Below, piece after piece: positions 47,166-60,054 of a stretch of 64,000 bases of DNA (position 1 is the stretch's first letter; each line of letters opens with the position of its first letter). The notes under the pieces are model-generated. The model ran no database searches. It was not told the DNA's origin and was given only the letters and a program-made list of their open reading frames with translations. The stretch lies in the NCBI GenBank assembly GCA_965153355.1, contig OZ231126.1:19406001-19470000 (forward strand). The letters are read 5' to 3'. The translations under genes were made by a program, and so were the position numbers. Origin of the DNA: Flaccisagitta enflata (lineage: Eukaryota).

Positions 47166-48484
47166 AACAACAACAACAACAATAGCCTTTGCTATAAAGA
47201 ATTCACTTCTTATTTGTTTTAGCAAACATTTTTTTCACTTGAGGCCAGAAAGCGAGGAAACCGCCAATGTTTAGTCGCCGTCACAGCAATATGTCAAGGT
47301 GTGAAATGTTGTCTTACACAGAAACATGAAAGCTTTAATCTTGAACTAAGGGAGCTCAGATAAAGAATTTTAATTGCCCTATGACGCAATGTCTGTCTGT
47401 CATTTTCACTACTCTCTTTAAATGGATGGATAGATATATAAATCAGGACTTGGTCGCGTTTCTAGTCAAAGATTACCAAGTATTTAATGGGCCACTTGGA
47501 CGCTCACTCCGTTTTTTTGCTCAAAGTGCTCCTTTTCAACGGACTAGCGACTCTATAAGAATGTGAAAAGCGTATATCCGCCCCTGCCCACCCATCTGCA
47601 ACTGGTGAAGGCCGTGTATCCAGCCTTGTTAACAGTTCACTAGGTCGCTCGATATGTTTGTTCACTTAAGCCAATCACTCCGCTCACCCCACTCACTCGC
47701 TTTTCAACATATAGCAACTTAATAATAAATACAGAAAAAACAATACCAATAAGGGCGGCTAATCGCCGTAGGAAAAAAGTCGTAAATGCTGCTGGAGAAA
47801 ATGAGAGAGAAAAAAAGAGTGAGAGAGAAGAAGAGAGTGAGAGAGAAACTTCAATTAACTCGATTCCATGTTTTGGGGAAAAATGAGAAAAATGCGAAAA
47901 AATAAAAAAAGATTTAAAAAATCATAGCTCCAAAACTATCGATCGCACAGAATTCTGCTTGGCGTCATCTGAAAGAGCTCTTTCTTAGCTATTAATTTCA
48001 TGCGTAATCCCGTTCTGCCCCCAAAATGCACCAACTTTCCCAAACGCCTCATAAAACAAAGGGAAATCCGTTTTTCTCTGCAGGACTCAAAAAGACCGAA
48101 GGGACTTCGTCTCTTCGACTTTTTTCCAAAGAAGTACACCAAGATGAAAACAACAACAAGACTGACAACAACAACGCCAGCAAAATCATCAACAACAACC
48201 AAAACAAGAAAAACAACAACAACAAGAAAAACAGCAACAGCAACATCAACAACAATTACAACTTCACTAACGATTACAACTACAACAACAATAACGACTA
48301 CAACAACAACAGCAACAACTACAACAACAACAAGAATTACAACAGCAACAACAATTACAACAACAACAATTACAACAACAACAATTACAACAACTACGAC
48401 AACAACAATTACAACAACAATTACAACAACAACAACTACGACAACAACGATTACAACAACAACAACAATTACAACAACAATTAC

Positions 48485-48519
<35 letters not shown>

Positions 48520-48599
48520 CTACAACAATAATTACATCAACTACAATTACAACAACAACAACAAGAACAACAACATTTTCGATTCTTATTTTAAAAAAA

Positions 48600-49952
48600 A
48601 CATTCTGGCCTCAATGTAGGGTGTTGTTGTTGTTGTAAATATGGGCACTTGACCCTAAGAAATGCTCAAAAATGGCCAATCTCAAAAATGGCCAATCTTA
48701 GAATTTCCAGAAGGGTGTATTATGAATAAATACACTTGATTGTGGCTTCACAATAGGGCGTTGTCATTGAAAAAATGGGCATTTGACCCTAAAAACTGCT
48801 TAAAAATGGCTTTAAAACACCATTGAGGTTTGAAAAGGAGTAGGACAAATCTGAAAATTTACAGGAAGGTGTATTTTGAAAAGATACACTCAATTCTGGC
48901 CTCACTATAGGGCGTTGTCATTGAAAATACGAGCATTTGACCCTAAAAACAGCTGAAAAAGAGCTTAACAAGTCGTGGGGCAATATGTAGTCTTGATACC
49001 GTTGCCCTGCTTTGAGTGTTGTGAATTGGAGTGAGGGAGCAGGGCGGCCCCGAAGGGAAGAAGTCCTGTAGAACATAGGGACTTTCGTTCGTCTACTGAA
49101 GAAAGTGGATGAATGCTATGAGGAGCTGACTGAAGGCATTCAGAGGCCTAAACTAAGGTCTAAGAAGGTTGATATAAGGCCTGAGAATGCCAATTGGAAG
49201 CCTGAGAGGGCTGACTTGAGGCTTGAGAGAGCCGGATTAAGGCTTGAAAGGCCAGAGGACTGATTTGAAGCCTGGGAGCAATAAATTGAGGTTTAGATGG
49301 CTGACTTGAGGCCTGAGAGTCCAGGTTTGAGGCCTGAGAATTTGGATTTGAGGCCTGAGAAGGGTTGAGCAGAGGCCAGATTTGAGGCCTGAGAGGCCTG
49401 AGAAGCCAGATTTGAGGCCTGAGAGGCCAGATTTGAGGCCTGAGAGGCCAGATTTGAGGCCTGGGAGGCTGGGTTTGAGACCTGAGAGGCTGGATTTGAG
49501 GCCTGAGAGGCCAGATTTGAGGCCTGAGGGGTCTGATGAAGGGGGGGACTAACGAACGAACGGACGAATGGACGAACGGACGGACGAACGAAAGTCCCCT
49601 TGTGTTCTACAGGACTTCGTCCCCTTCGGGGCCGCTGCCCAAAAACACCATTGAGGCTTGAAAAAGAGTAGGGTCAATCTGAAAATTTCCAGAAGGGTGT
49701 ATTCTGAATAGATACACTTGATTCTGGCCTCACAATAGGGCATTGCCGTTGAAAAAATGGGCATTTGACCCTAAAAACTGCTTAAAAATGGCTTTAAAAC
49801 ACCATTGAGGCTTGAAAAAGAGTAGGGCCAATCTGAAAATTTAAAGGAAGGTGCATTTTGAATAGATACACTCTATTCTGGCCTCACAATAGGGTGTTGT
49901 CGTTGAAAATATGGGCATTTGACCCTAAAAACTGCTGAAAAATGGCTTTAAC
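48600..49952. repeat. About 153-bp tandem repeat inside the Transib-like element
   Basis: GGGCATTTGACCCTAAAAACTGCTTAAAAATGGCTTTAA recurs at about 48778, 48931, 49759 and 49913. Confidence 0.85.
48968..49645 (-). mobile_element. GGGCAGCGGCCCC-family HINE-like element, close relative of 34076-34651
   Basis: Shares GAAGTCCTGTAGAACA, the 21-bp repeats and the GGACTTCGTCCCCTTCGGGGCCGCTGCCCAAAA end. Sits inside the 153-bp array. Confidence 0.8.
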
Positions 49953-50213
49953 ACGCCTTTACGTCCATGAAACCCTTTACTGAGGACAAATGACTTCTGC
50001 TACCACTTATTGCAACCCTTAGGCTACAGTTAGGCTAAACAAATATATTTTTTTCAAAAGAAAATTTTTTACCTATTTTTAAGATGCCCTTAAGGCGATT
50101 TCCTTAAGTGACAGAAAAAATTAAACATCACCATTGGATTTCCCGTGTCTGAAATAGGTCACTATGAGAAAATTGGGATTTTAGTGCACTTTTTATTTTT
50201 TGGAACCACTGTG

Positions 50214-50384
50214 CGGCGTTGGCGACATCGGCGCCGATTTTGCCCACTTGACCGGCCGCATTCAAGCCCGCTTGGACGACGTGGCTACCAACGTTAGCCA
50301 CATCTTGGACGGCGTGCACGGCGCCACTAACAACGTGATGGGCTAAACGCGCCATATCGTCGAAGAGCCACCGTTCCACCATTT
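50214..50384 (-). CDS. 5' part of exon 3 of glycine-zipper protein B, cut by an insertion at 50213
   Basis: Acceptor AATAG|AA. EMVERWLFDDMARLAHHVVSGAVHAVQDVANVGSHVVQAGLNAAGQVGKIGADVANA; coding character stops at the CACAGTG terminus. Confidence 0.85.
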
Positions 50385-50731
50385 CTATTTTAAAAGGGGA
50401 ATGGGGGAACATGACAAGAATTGAAGTAATAGATGAGGAAGAGTTGAGTGAGACATACTGTATGAAAAGTCTGATCTTGGGCCTAAGAGGGTTAGTTTGA
50501 GGCTATAAATTGGCTAGTTCCGGGTTCAGAATTGGGAACCAAAAGTTATATTAGAGACATGCGTAGGCTAAGTTGAGGCCTGAGAGGGCTTATTTTAGGC
50601 CTGAAAGGGCACATTTGAAGATTGAAAGAGCAATAGAGCATATATAGGGGAATGAAGGAAAGATATATCAGCTGGTAAATTTTTTTGCGCCCTACGGCCA
50701 AATGTGACGTAGAGCTGATCAGTCTCATGAG

Positions 50732-50801
<70 letters not shown>

Positions 50802-50804
50802 CTT

Positions 50805-50910
<106 letters not shown>

Positions 50911-50928
50911 ACAATATATTCTACTTAC

Positions 50929-51009
50929 CCCGAGCTTTGGTATGATTATTAGCTGTGGCGTTAAGGGCCAAACGCATGGCGTGGTCGAACAACCACCGTT
51001 GATCCAATT
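50929..51009 (-). CDS. Exon 2 of glycine-zipper protein B (81-nt symmetric phase-1 exon)
   Basis: TTAG|AA...CGGG|GTAAGT. Encodes (E)LDQRWLFDHAMRLALNATANNHTKAR, similar to the start of the next exon (EMVERWLFDDMARLA). Confidence 0.78.
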
Positions 51010-51233
51010 CTAATTTGAAGGGAGAATGGAGAGGAAATTACAAGGAATAGAAATATATATATACATGTAGATGATAAGGAGTTAAATGAAAGATACTGCG
51101 AGAAAAATGGTCATGAAGCTTCATCGCTGATTCTATCCATGAAAATTTCATGCTGCCACATTTAGATTACAGAATAACTATCCATATATAGTTCGGGCAG
51201 GAGCATCTTAGGTCTAACGCGAGTGCAAGCCCT

Positions 51234-52171
51234 TTTTTAGTCGCGTACACGCGACTCTACACCTTGCCGTGTCGGTCGGCTGGTCGGTAGGTCGGTCGGT
51301 AGGTCCGTCCGTCCGTCACATTTTTAAAATTATGACTTTTTAAGGTTTTTTAAGACAATTTAAGGTACTCTAGGGTATTTCAGTGTACTTTAGGGTACTT
51401 CAGGGGGGTATGTTTGGAAAATTTTGGGGCATTTTTGGGTATTTTGGGTATTTTGTAATCCTATACTGGACACTTGTTATGAAGTTTTTATTGGACACTC
51501 GTCATGAAGTTTTTATTGGACACTCATTATGAAGTTTTTATTGGACACTCGTTATGAAGTTTTTATCGGACACTTGTTATGAAGTCTTGCTACGTAGTTA
51601 CGTAGTATGAAGTTGTAGTATGTTGTATGTAGTTTGTCGTATGTAGTTATATAGTATGAAGTTATGTTCTATGAAGTTGTAGTATGTATTATGTATTATG
51701 TATGTAATATGTAGTACGTATTTATGTATGTAGTATGAAGTTTTAGTATGTAGGTAGTATGTAGTTATTTAGTATGAGGTGATTCAGCATAAAGTTGTAG
51801 TATGTGTTATGTAACAAGTATGTAGTATGTAGTACGTAGCATGTAATATGAGGAAGTATGTGTGTTGTATTAGGTTGTAGTATGTAGGTAGCATGTACGT
51901 AGTTTGAAGTTGTAGTAAGTTGTTATCTAGTATGAAGTTATGTAGTATGAAGTTGTAGTATGTGGTATGTAGTATGAATGTAGTATTGGTGTAGTGTGTA
52001 GTATGTATGTAGTATATATGTAGTTTGTATTTAGTATGAAGTTGTAGTATGCAGTTATGTAGTTTGAAGTTGTAGTATGTACTATGTAGTATGTAGTTAT
52101 GTAGTAAGAAGTTATGTGTTATGAACTTGTATAGTTGTGTGTACCTTAGCACGCGACTGTTGGCCTGTTGT
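51234..52171 (+). mobile_element. HINE-like element with expanded GTA/TATG low-complexity core, in intron 1 of gene B
   Basis: TTTTAGTCGCGTACACGCGACTC 5' end, GGTC microsatellite, 24-bp repeats at about 51467-51585, 3' GCACGCGACT. Confidence 0.78.
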
Positions 52172-52295
52172 TGGAAAAGAAAAGAAAAAGAAGGAGATGA
52201 AAGAGTAGGAGAGGAAGAGGGAGAAAAAGATGAAAAAAGAAGAGGACGAAGAGGGGAAAGAAATAGAAGAAGAATTAGAAGAAAAGGAAAAAAGA

Positions 52296-54596
52296 ACAAG
52301 TCGTCCTAGGATCGCACATGGTCAGCGGTACCTGTTGCCCTGCTTCAAGTGTTGAGGTGATGAGGTTCGCACTGTGCTTATAAAACAATTCTGAGTGAAA
52401 AGTCATATAACTGTGGGTTTTTCTGCATTTTTGAGCAGTATTGGGGTGTAAGAGCTTGTAACTAGAAAAAACAAAATCATTCCCTGAGCGCTTTCTGAGT
52501 AACCTTCAAAATCAGAAAAAAATATACCTAATTTCAATGCAGATTCTTCTGAGATGTGTTGACTAAATTTCTGATTCTATATTGTTTATCTATGCAAAAT
52601 TCCCTTTCATTTGATAGGTCGCACTCTATACTTTTGCAAAGAATTAAAATTTTCATTTTTTGAGTCACCGTTACAAAAAAGTAACGGTGGCTCAAAATAT
52701 GAAAACCTAATTTCTATATAAAACCATATAGTGTGACCTATCAAATAAAAGGAAATTTTGAATAGAATAACAATATGGAATCAAAAAATTAGCCAATACA
52801 ACTCATTAGAATCTGCATTACAAATTGGTTTAATTTTCTTCTATTTTGAAGATTACTCAAAAAGCGCTGGGGGAATGATTTTATCTTTGCTAGTTACATG
52901 CTCTTACATCCCAATACTGCTCAAAAATGCAGAAAAACCCACAGTTATATGACGATGGGGGGCCGATGACCTATGCTTTCACACATGGAGAAATTTCTCC
53001 TCCTCCTTCTCCTCCTCCGTCCGTACCCCCCCCCCCAGCTTCGAGGCCCAAATTCTAGCCTGGAGGTTCAAATCCCAGCCTTGCGGCTCAAATCCCAGCC
53101 TGGAGGCTCAAATCCCAGCCTGGAGGCTCAAATCCCAGCCTCGAGGATCAAATCCCAGCCTGGGGGCTCAAATCCCTGCCTGGAGGCACAAATCCCAGCC
53201 TGGAGGCTCAAATCCCAGCCTGGCAGCTCAAATTCCAGCCTTGAGGCTCAAATAAGCATGCCTTGAGGCTTAAATCCCAGCTTTGAGGCTCAAATCCCAG
53301 CCTATAGGCTCAAATCCTAATCTGGAGGCCTAAATCCTAGTCTCAAGGCTCAAATCCCAGCCTTGAGGCTCAAATCCCAGCCTCGAGGCTCAAATCCCAG
53401 CCTCAAGGCCCTAATGCCAGCCTCCAGGCCCTAATCCTAGCCTTGAGGCTCAAATAAAAAACAGCATAGGTCATCAGCCCCTTCGGGGCCGCTGCTCCTC
53501 TAACAACCTCACACCCACTTACACTTACATAGGGGCAACGGGTACCGCTGACCATCTAACGCTTTTGCGACTGTTGACCATGTGCGATCCTATGATGACT
53601 AGTTCTCCTTTGTAACCCCCCTCCCCCAGCCTCCAGGCCCATATCCCAGCCTCCAGGCCCATATCCCAGCCTTGAGGCCCAAATCCCAGTCTTGAGGCCC
53701 AAATCCCAACCTTAAGGTCCAGCTTCAAGGGATTTGGGCCTCAAGACTGGGATTTGGGCCTCAAGGATGTGATATGGGCCTTGAGGCTGAGAAATGGGCC
53801 TGGAGGCTGGGTGGAGGGGGGCGGAGGAGGAGGAAGAGGAGAAGAACAAGTCATCCAAGGATCGCACATGGTCAGCGGTACCCGATGCCCTGCTTGGAGT
53901 GATTAGCTGAAGAAGTGGAGTGAGAGCAGGGCAGCGGCCCCAAAGGGCCGATGTCCTGTAGGACACAGGGGTGAATTTCCATAAGTCCTGAGAGTGCACA
54001 TTTGGGAATTTTGCATTTTTTTCAATTTGTTGTCAATTTGCCATGTTATTCAATGGGAACTTTAGGTCTGAGAGGCTGGATTTGAGGCCCAAGAGGCTGG
54101 AATTGAGGCCCGAGAGGCTGGATTTAAGGCCTGAGAGGCTGGATTTGAGGCCTGAGAGGCTGGATTTAAGGCCTGGGAGACTGGATTTGAGGCCTGGGAG
54201 GCTGAATTTGAGGCCTGAGAAGCTGGATTTGAGGCCTGGGAGACTGGATTTGAGGCCTGAGAGGCTGGATTTTAAGCCTGAGAGGCCAAATTTGAGGCCT
54301 GAGAGGCTGCATTTGAGGCCTGAGAGGCCAAATTTGAGGCCTGAAAGGCTTGAAAAGCTTCCAGGGGGGGGACGTACGTACGGACAGACGTACGTAATGG
54401 TTCACCCCTGTGTCCTACAGGACATCGGCCCTTTGGGGCCGCTGCCCAAAAAGGAGGAGAAAATACCCCATATGTGTGAAAGCATAGGTCATTGACCCGT
54501 TCAGGGCCGCTGCCCTGCTCCCCCCTCAACTTTACCACAACCTACTTAAGCAGGGCACGGGTACTGCTGACCATCTAACGCTTTTGCGCCTATTTA
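52296..54596. mobile_element. Nest of GGGCAGCGGCCCC-family HINE-like elements with 21-bp repeats (intron 1 of gene B)
   Basis: Several GGTACCGCTGACCAT and GGGGCCGCTGCCC ends. (GAGGCTCAAATCCCAGCCTYG)n and (GAGGCCTGAGAGGCTGGATTT)n arrays. Confidence 0.75.
52403..52953. mobile_element. Foldback MITE, palindromic over its whole ~550 bp
   Basis: GTCATATAACTGTGGGTTTTTCTGCATTTTTGAGCAGTATTGGG and its inverse. Symmetry continues to the centre CACCGTTAC-AAAAAA-GTAACGGTG. Confidence 0.88.
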
Positions 54597-54788
54597 GTTT
54601 GTTACTCAGGATTTGGCTTTGTAGGCTAAGATTTAAGAGTTAAGGACTTCAGGCAGGGGGAAGGATAGTGAGATGAAGCCAAGAAGGACATATTTGCGGG
54701 CAAAGGCAAAAAGTGAATGACCACTGATCATTTGCATAGAACAACAACACTGACAACATCAGTGACAATAGCAATACTTATGACTTAC

Positions 54789-54882
54789 CCTGAGCTTCTT
54801 GCTCATTATCAGCAAGAGGATATGCTGTTACTGTAGACAGCAGCACGGCACCCAAAATAACACCGATTAAGAACAGCTTCAT
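54789..54882 (-). CDS. Exon 1 of secreted glycine-zipper protein B (signal peptide plus acidic pro-piece)
   Basis: MKLFLIGVILGAVLLSTVTAYPLADNEQEAQ then G|GTAAGT. Paralogous to 62012-62120 (MKL...AYPL...EAQ). Confidence 0.86.
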
Positions 54883-55000
54883 TTTGTGAGATTTTCTTCC
54901 TCTCTTCGGATATGAATCGCAGCTTTGAAGGCCGAGCCAAGTAAGAAGGGTTTCAATGCTTAGAGACGGAAGGGTTTTGACGCCTTCGACTTTGGTACGT

Positions 55001-55008
55001 TTTTATAT
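55001..55008 (-). promoter_or_regulatory. Candidate TATA box of glycine-zipper gene B
   Basis: GGATATAAAAA on the minus strand about 120 bp upstream of ATG 54882. Paralogue A has a similarly placed TATAAA. Confidence 0.45.
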
Positions 55009-56154
55009 CCTACCTGCTCCCGTTGAGAAGATCAGTTGTCATTTGGACTCAAATAAAAAAATATCTGGTGACATATAAATCCATTAAGACCATGTCATGG
55101 TTGTGAGCGACAAATCAATTTACAAAGATCAAGGTAAATATAAACAATGTTTTTTTTTCTTTTTGTGAGCGCTCAACCCCAAAAGTAAAAATGATGGCTA
55201 CCGTTGCACAGGAGAATTCTCAGAACACTCGTTGCTTAGGTGAAGCTTATATTGTCTTAGTCTTAGCCAATTTTGATTTTTTTTTCAAGATCATTCTTTT
55301 CTTGATTGAAAACTAGAAAAGTATGTCACTCCTTAGGCTGAGAAAAGAAAAAAATACTCAACTGGAATCCTTATTGGACAACCCATTCGGACAAGTATTT
55401 TGACTAGCCAAAGCAAGAAAAGAAATTAATCAAAGGTAAATAAAACAATTAAAAGAGTGAGGTTCATTATTTCAGATGCAACGCGTTGTTGGTTGGTGAG
55501 TCCGTCCAACCATCACACGGATAATAAAAGAAGACGCACTTTTAAATGGCTAATTTGGCCCATGAATCTTTATAAAACTCAATAAAATCTTAGACCGTTT
55601 CTATGCCCTAAGAAAGTACTTTCATTTGGCGCCAATCTGGTAATTCTATCTTTTTTTCGATTAGAAATGGCATCAGTTTGAATGAAAACTTTGCCCATTC
55701 CAGTTTTACAATCCCTATGTAAAATTGCATTTTTGCAAATTAGTGCTTCTCTTTGCAGGGCTCTAGCTTCTAAACCGTTTGAGACACAGACCTGGGATTG
55801 GTCTAGATTGAAAGATTTTTAGAAAACATTTCAAAATATCTAGATTGACAAAAGTTAAAACTGATTTTAGTATCTATTTTATGAATAAATAAGCACGTGC
55901 GTCTTTTTTTTTTTTTTTTTTTATTTTTTAGTCAGCATCCTCGTGCAAATGTAGCGAATAATCTCCTACACGGAATGCCTTCTTACTACTCTCTAATAGC
56001 TCAATAGATTTCGCTAACATTTTGATAGGTCTAAGAAATGTCTTCCATATTCTTTTCAGTCCCAGAATTTATGCTGCATGATCAATGCTTATCTTAACCG
56101 GTGACTCGCCGTGTGAACTTGATCTTTTTGGCGATTTTCTATAAGCCATCTTAA

Positions 56155-58130
56155 AACAAGCCCGACCGGGCAACGATGCGTCCGGACTGTGTCTTTGCGT
56201 GTATTGATCATGGACGAATGGACGGGTGAAACGACTGAGTAGTAAAGAAGGCTCTCAAAACATGTTAGTTGATCATTTCTTTCTGTGGAAATGTGTGCAT
56301 TTTTATAAGTATGGAAGCGTTGATGAACTTTGGAGTGAATGTCTCTTTTCTTCTTTCTTTCCAATACGGCGCCTTTTGTTTCCCGCTCGCCATATTTTTA
56401 GATGGCACCATATGGTTACCCATATGGTTCTGCTCTTTTGTCCAATTTGGATATACGTGGATGACACGTATTTTTAGTCGCGTGCACGCGACTCTACACC
56501 TTGGTCTGTCAGTCAGTAGGTCGGTAGGTCGGTCCGTCCCGTAACCTTTAAAAATTTTTGACGTTTTTTGACATTTTTAACATTTTTTACCATTTTTTAG
56601 CGTTTTTTAACAATCTTTAACATTTTTAAACATATTTTGGCTTTTTTGGCATTTTAACATTCTTTAACATTATTTAACATTTTTTAACATCTTTTAACAT
56701 TTTTAACATTTTTTAACATTTTTTAACATTTTTTAACATCATTTAACATTATCCAACATTTTTTAACATTTCCTGACATTTTTAACATTTTACCTGTCAT
56801 TTCCAGACGCACGCGACTGTTGCCCTCTTGGGCTTGTTCGTTTCTCTTCGCATTTTTTCTTCGTCGTATGTTTTGTGCGTTTTCATCTCTTTTATTTTCA
56901 GAGACATATGAACGGACGTCTGACATTAATGACGATAATGAGGCCGGTGGGAAACCATGGAAATTGGGCATAAAGTAAGTTTTATCATTTTAGTGTTTTA
57001 GTGTTTTATCATTGTTTTTGTCGTCTGGCTTTTTATTGTTTTATCGTCTGTTTTTCAGTCAGTGGACAAAACAAAATAGGTAGAGAGCTCACTCTGTTGG
57101 CTTTGATCCAACCTACTGTTATTAAACAGCGGGCTGTAAACAACAACTGGTTGTAAAAATTACAGCCGGCTGTCATGCTACTAAGTCGGCAAGAATTCAA
57201 CCTAAATAGAATAAAATGTGACTAGCATATTCATAATCCTGATGAAATTCTGAGAAGTTTGACATGTCACACTTAACATTTTTTACAAGAAAAAATTTTT
57301 TAACATTGCGTTATAACTTTATCAAACATTGTTAATTTTTTTTATTTTGATATAAAAATATATGTTGTGACATATCAAACTTATCAGAGTTTCACCAGAA
57401 TTATGAATTTGCAGGTCTCATTCTGTTTGGTGAAAGTTGGATATTTGCCAACTTTGTAGCATGACAGCCAGCTGTAATTTTTACAACCAGTTGTTGTTTA
57501 CAGCCTGCTGTTTGATAACAGTAGGTTGGATCAAAGCCAACAGAGTGAGCTCTCTACCTATTTTGTTTTGTCCACTGACTGTTTTATCTTTTTATCCTGC
57601 ATCCTGCGTCCTGCATTTGCATCCTTTTTATCGTCTGTCCGGTCAACTGATTATTGGGGTGACATGGGTGAATTTAGTGGGATGGGCAGGGCGGGGGCAG
57701 TGTACTGATCTGGCTTCATGGCCTCTGGATAAGATGTACATGTTGTTATTGGCTGTTTCTGCTCAATGTCTATCCTGATCTCATGTTGTTTTCATGCATT
57801 GGTTGACCAATATCTCATGCCCAACTTCCCTTTCATTTTATCCCCATCTCAGATTGTTGAAATTTTTTCCTAAAGAACGAGACCATCGCAACGCCATTTT
57901 CCAATCTACGCCTAATTTCCTTTGCGTCTACCATCGTCAGTCAGTCAGAATATAAATGGACAGATAGTCGAAACTACGAGCCGTAAAAATACTTTCAGTA
58001 TAGGATCTCACTGCGGCCGAAAAAAGTCGCGAAGCGCGTTTTTCTGCACAGGCGTAACGGACGGACGGACGGACGGACGGACGGACAGACCCTCTTTTAG
58101 AGATGCGTTCCTGACGGACGCATCTAAAAA
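56155..58130 (-). mobile_element. HINE-like element (AGATGCG family) hosting a second HINE (about 56471-56837) and the 57056-57581 foldback
   Basis: Minus strand 5' TTTTTAGATGCGTCCGTCAGGAACGCATCT plus (GTCC)n. 3' CGGACGCATC, GCCCG-GT-CGGGC hairpin, then TTGTT. Confidence 0.72.
57056..57581. mobile_element. Foldback MITE (526 bp) inserted in a T run
   Basis: CAGTCAGTGGACAAAACAAAATAGGTAGAGAGCTCACTCTGTTGGCTTTGATCCAACCTACTGTTAT and its exact inverse. Arms stay complementary with mismatches towards the centre. Confidence 0.9.
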
Positions 58131-58584
58131 CCTCTTCACGCGCAGAAGATGATGGATCCCAAAGGTCTGGTAATTGATGAAACTAAAAAATCTCAAGGGA
58201 TCAAAGATTTGCATCTCTTGTTATTGGATTTTCGTTACGCTCGGATCCGTTCTATCAGGGTTAAACTACACGCTGTACATTGCCTTTAAGCCGCTCCCAT
58301 TTCTAAGGCGTACCCTGATGCGAACCGATCGAATTTAGATTCAAAGATTGAGAATCAAAAAAGGAATTGGGCAACTAAGAGAGATTGACAGGCAGAAATG
58401 ATTTTCCTTTCATGATTTTTTTTCATTGACATTGGTCACAGATCGCTCATTCTTGATGCGTCCTCAATTTCGTTTTCTCGTCCTAACAACAGACAGTTTT
58501 ATCTCTTTAGAATCAGAAATCCTCATTCTTTGATGAATTGATGATGAGGACACTTTTTAATGATGATAATTTCATCTGATTATA

Positions 58585-59182
58585 CTATCTTAGAAAAAAA
58601 ATCTTCTGCCCTGTAATAACAAGGAATTTAATGGCATAAAAACATATTCAAAGCAGTTACAAATCCATGAATAATTAGTGTGAGCTTCTTTTGGCTGGAT
58701 CAGGGCCGCCATTTGTTGGGGAAGCAATTTGTAGAGCTTCTCGATGTATACTGGAGTGATAGGTCTCCAGATCTTTCTCATAATCTTTTTTTATCTCTTC
58801 TCCCGCTACATCTACATTCATAGCTACCAAAAAACTCATCAAATCATAGAAAAATCGGTGACTGAAATGAAGCCCTTTGAATTTGCAAGCAGTCTATGCA
58901 AACCGCATCGGTCTAGCTCAATGCGTTTAGAAGAAATTCAAAAAACAGTGAGGCCATGAGGTGATCTCATTTAGAATTTGTGTAGAAATGGCAGAAGCAA
59001 AATTGAAGTGTTTCAATCAAAGTTGAATGATTTTTAAACGCATAGAGCTAGAGAGATGCGGTTTGCGTAGATCTCTTGCAAATTGGAAGGGCTTTAATTA
59101 TCTCACCAATTTTTTAATGATTGGATGATTCTAACTTGAGATGTACATGTAAACGTGCCGGTAGATTTTTTTTCTAAGATAG
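58585..59182 (-). mobile_element. Internally deleted Tc1-like element
   Basis: TA-flanked TIRs CTATCTTAGAAAAAAAATCT. The minus-strand remnant IWRPITPVYIEKLYKLLPQQMAALIQPKEAHTNY resembles the Tc1 transposase C-terminus (W..I...L..SMP.R..AVI.AKG.HTKY). Internal palindrome at about 58880-59085. Confidence 0.75.
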
Positions 59183-60054
59183 TAAAACATTCCTACTTGT
59201 GATTAATAACTCACTCTCGCTAAAACGTTAATTTGATATCAATCCAAAGTTGTTGATGAACAAGAGGCTGGAACTTGGAAGCTGAATGGGAGTGTAATAG
59301 ACGGGTGGTTGGGTGGATTAAAAGATAGTAGGGATGAATGGATAGACCAGTATGCACCCAGTGGACAGACGGACATAGGGATGAGTTGACCAATTTGAAT
59401 TAAGGGCGTGGGGACGAAAACGGGACTGTTTTGCTAAGTACGTCACATACCTTTTGCTTGATTGACAACACCAAAAACTCTCTCAATGAACGTTGTCAAT
59501 TTTTTTTCTAGATTTTTTTTCTTCTTCTCCCATGATGTAAAAACATTCTATTGCGAATTTGCTAGGTGACGCAAATCAAGAAACTCCGCCCAATTTCGAG
59601 AAACGATTGGAAATTTGGAAAGTCCAAATTTCAGAGTCACAACATCGCCAGAGAGATGAGAGAGGACAGAGAAGAGAGAGAGGAGAGAGAGAGAGCCTTA
59701 ATCCACAAATTCATGTTTCAGTCTCTATGTTTTTCTAGCGAAGTGCCTGTCTTCATTTTCATCTTAGATTTTCCATCATGACAGGAAATTTTTCTCATTA
59801 TATGAAAGGTTTTTTTTTTCTTCTTTTTTTTTTTTTTTTCTTTGGCTTTAACTCCCTCCTGGGAGAAAACTTTCATCAGAAAAATTACCTGAGCACTTAG
59901 AACGAAACCATCTTTTATTTCTCGCGAGATCAACTCTATGAAAAATCGGCAGAACAATGCTCTTTGATAATTTCCTTAATTTCATCTACTGTTCTCTGCA
60001 GGTGCCGTCTAAAAACTATAAAATAAAGTTTTCTACACCTATGACTTCACTAAA

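Noticed and set aside
48000-48638. Thr-rich and Asn-rich ORFs resembling mucin or prion-like proteins
   Set aside because: An interspersed repeat fused to an (ACA)n-derived tract inside a transposon.
54043-54495. Heptad RPERLDL ORF resembling a coiled coil (also 52973-53266)
   Set aside because: Translation of the 21-bp internal repeats of HINE-like elements.
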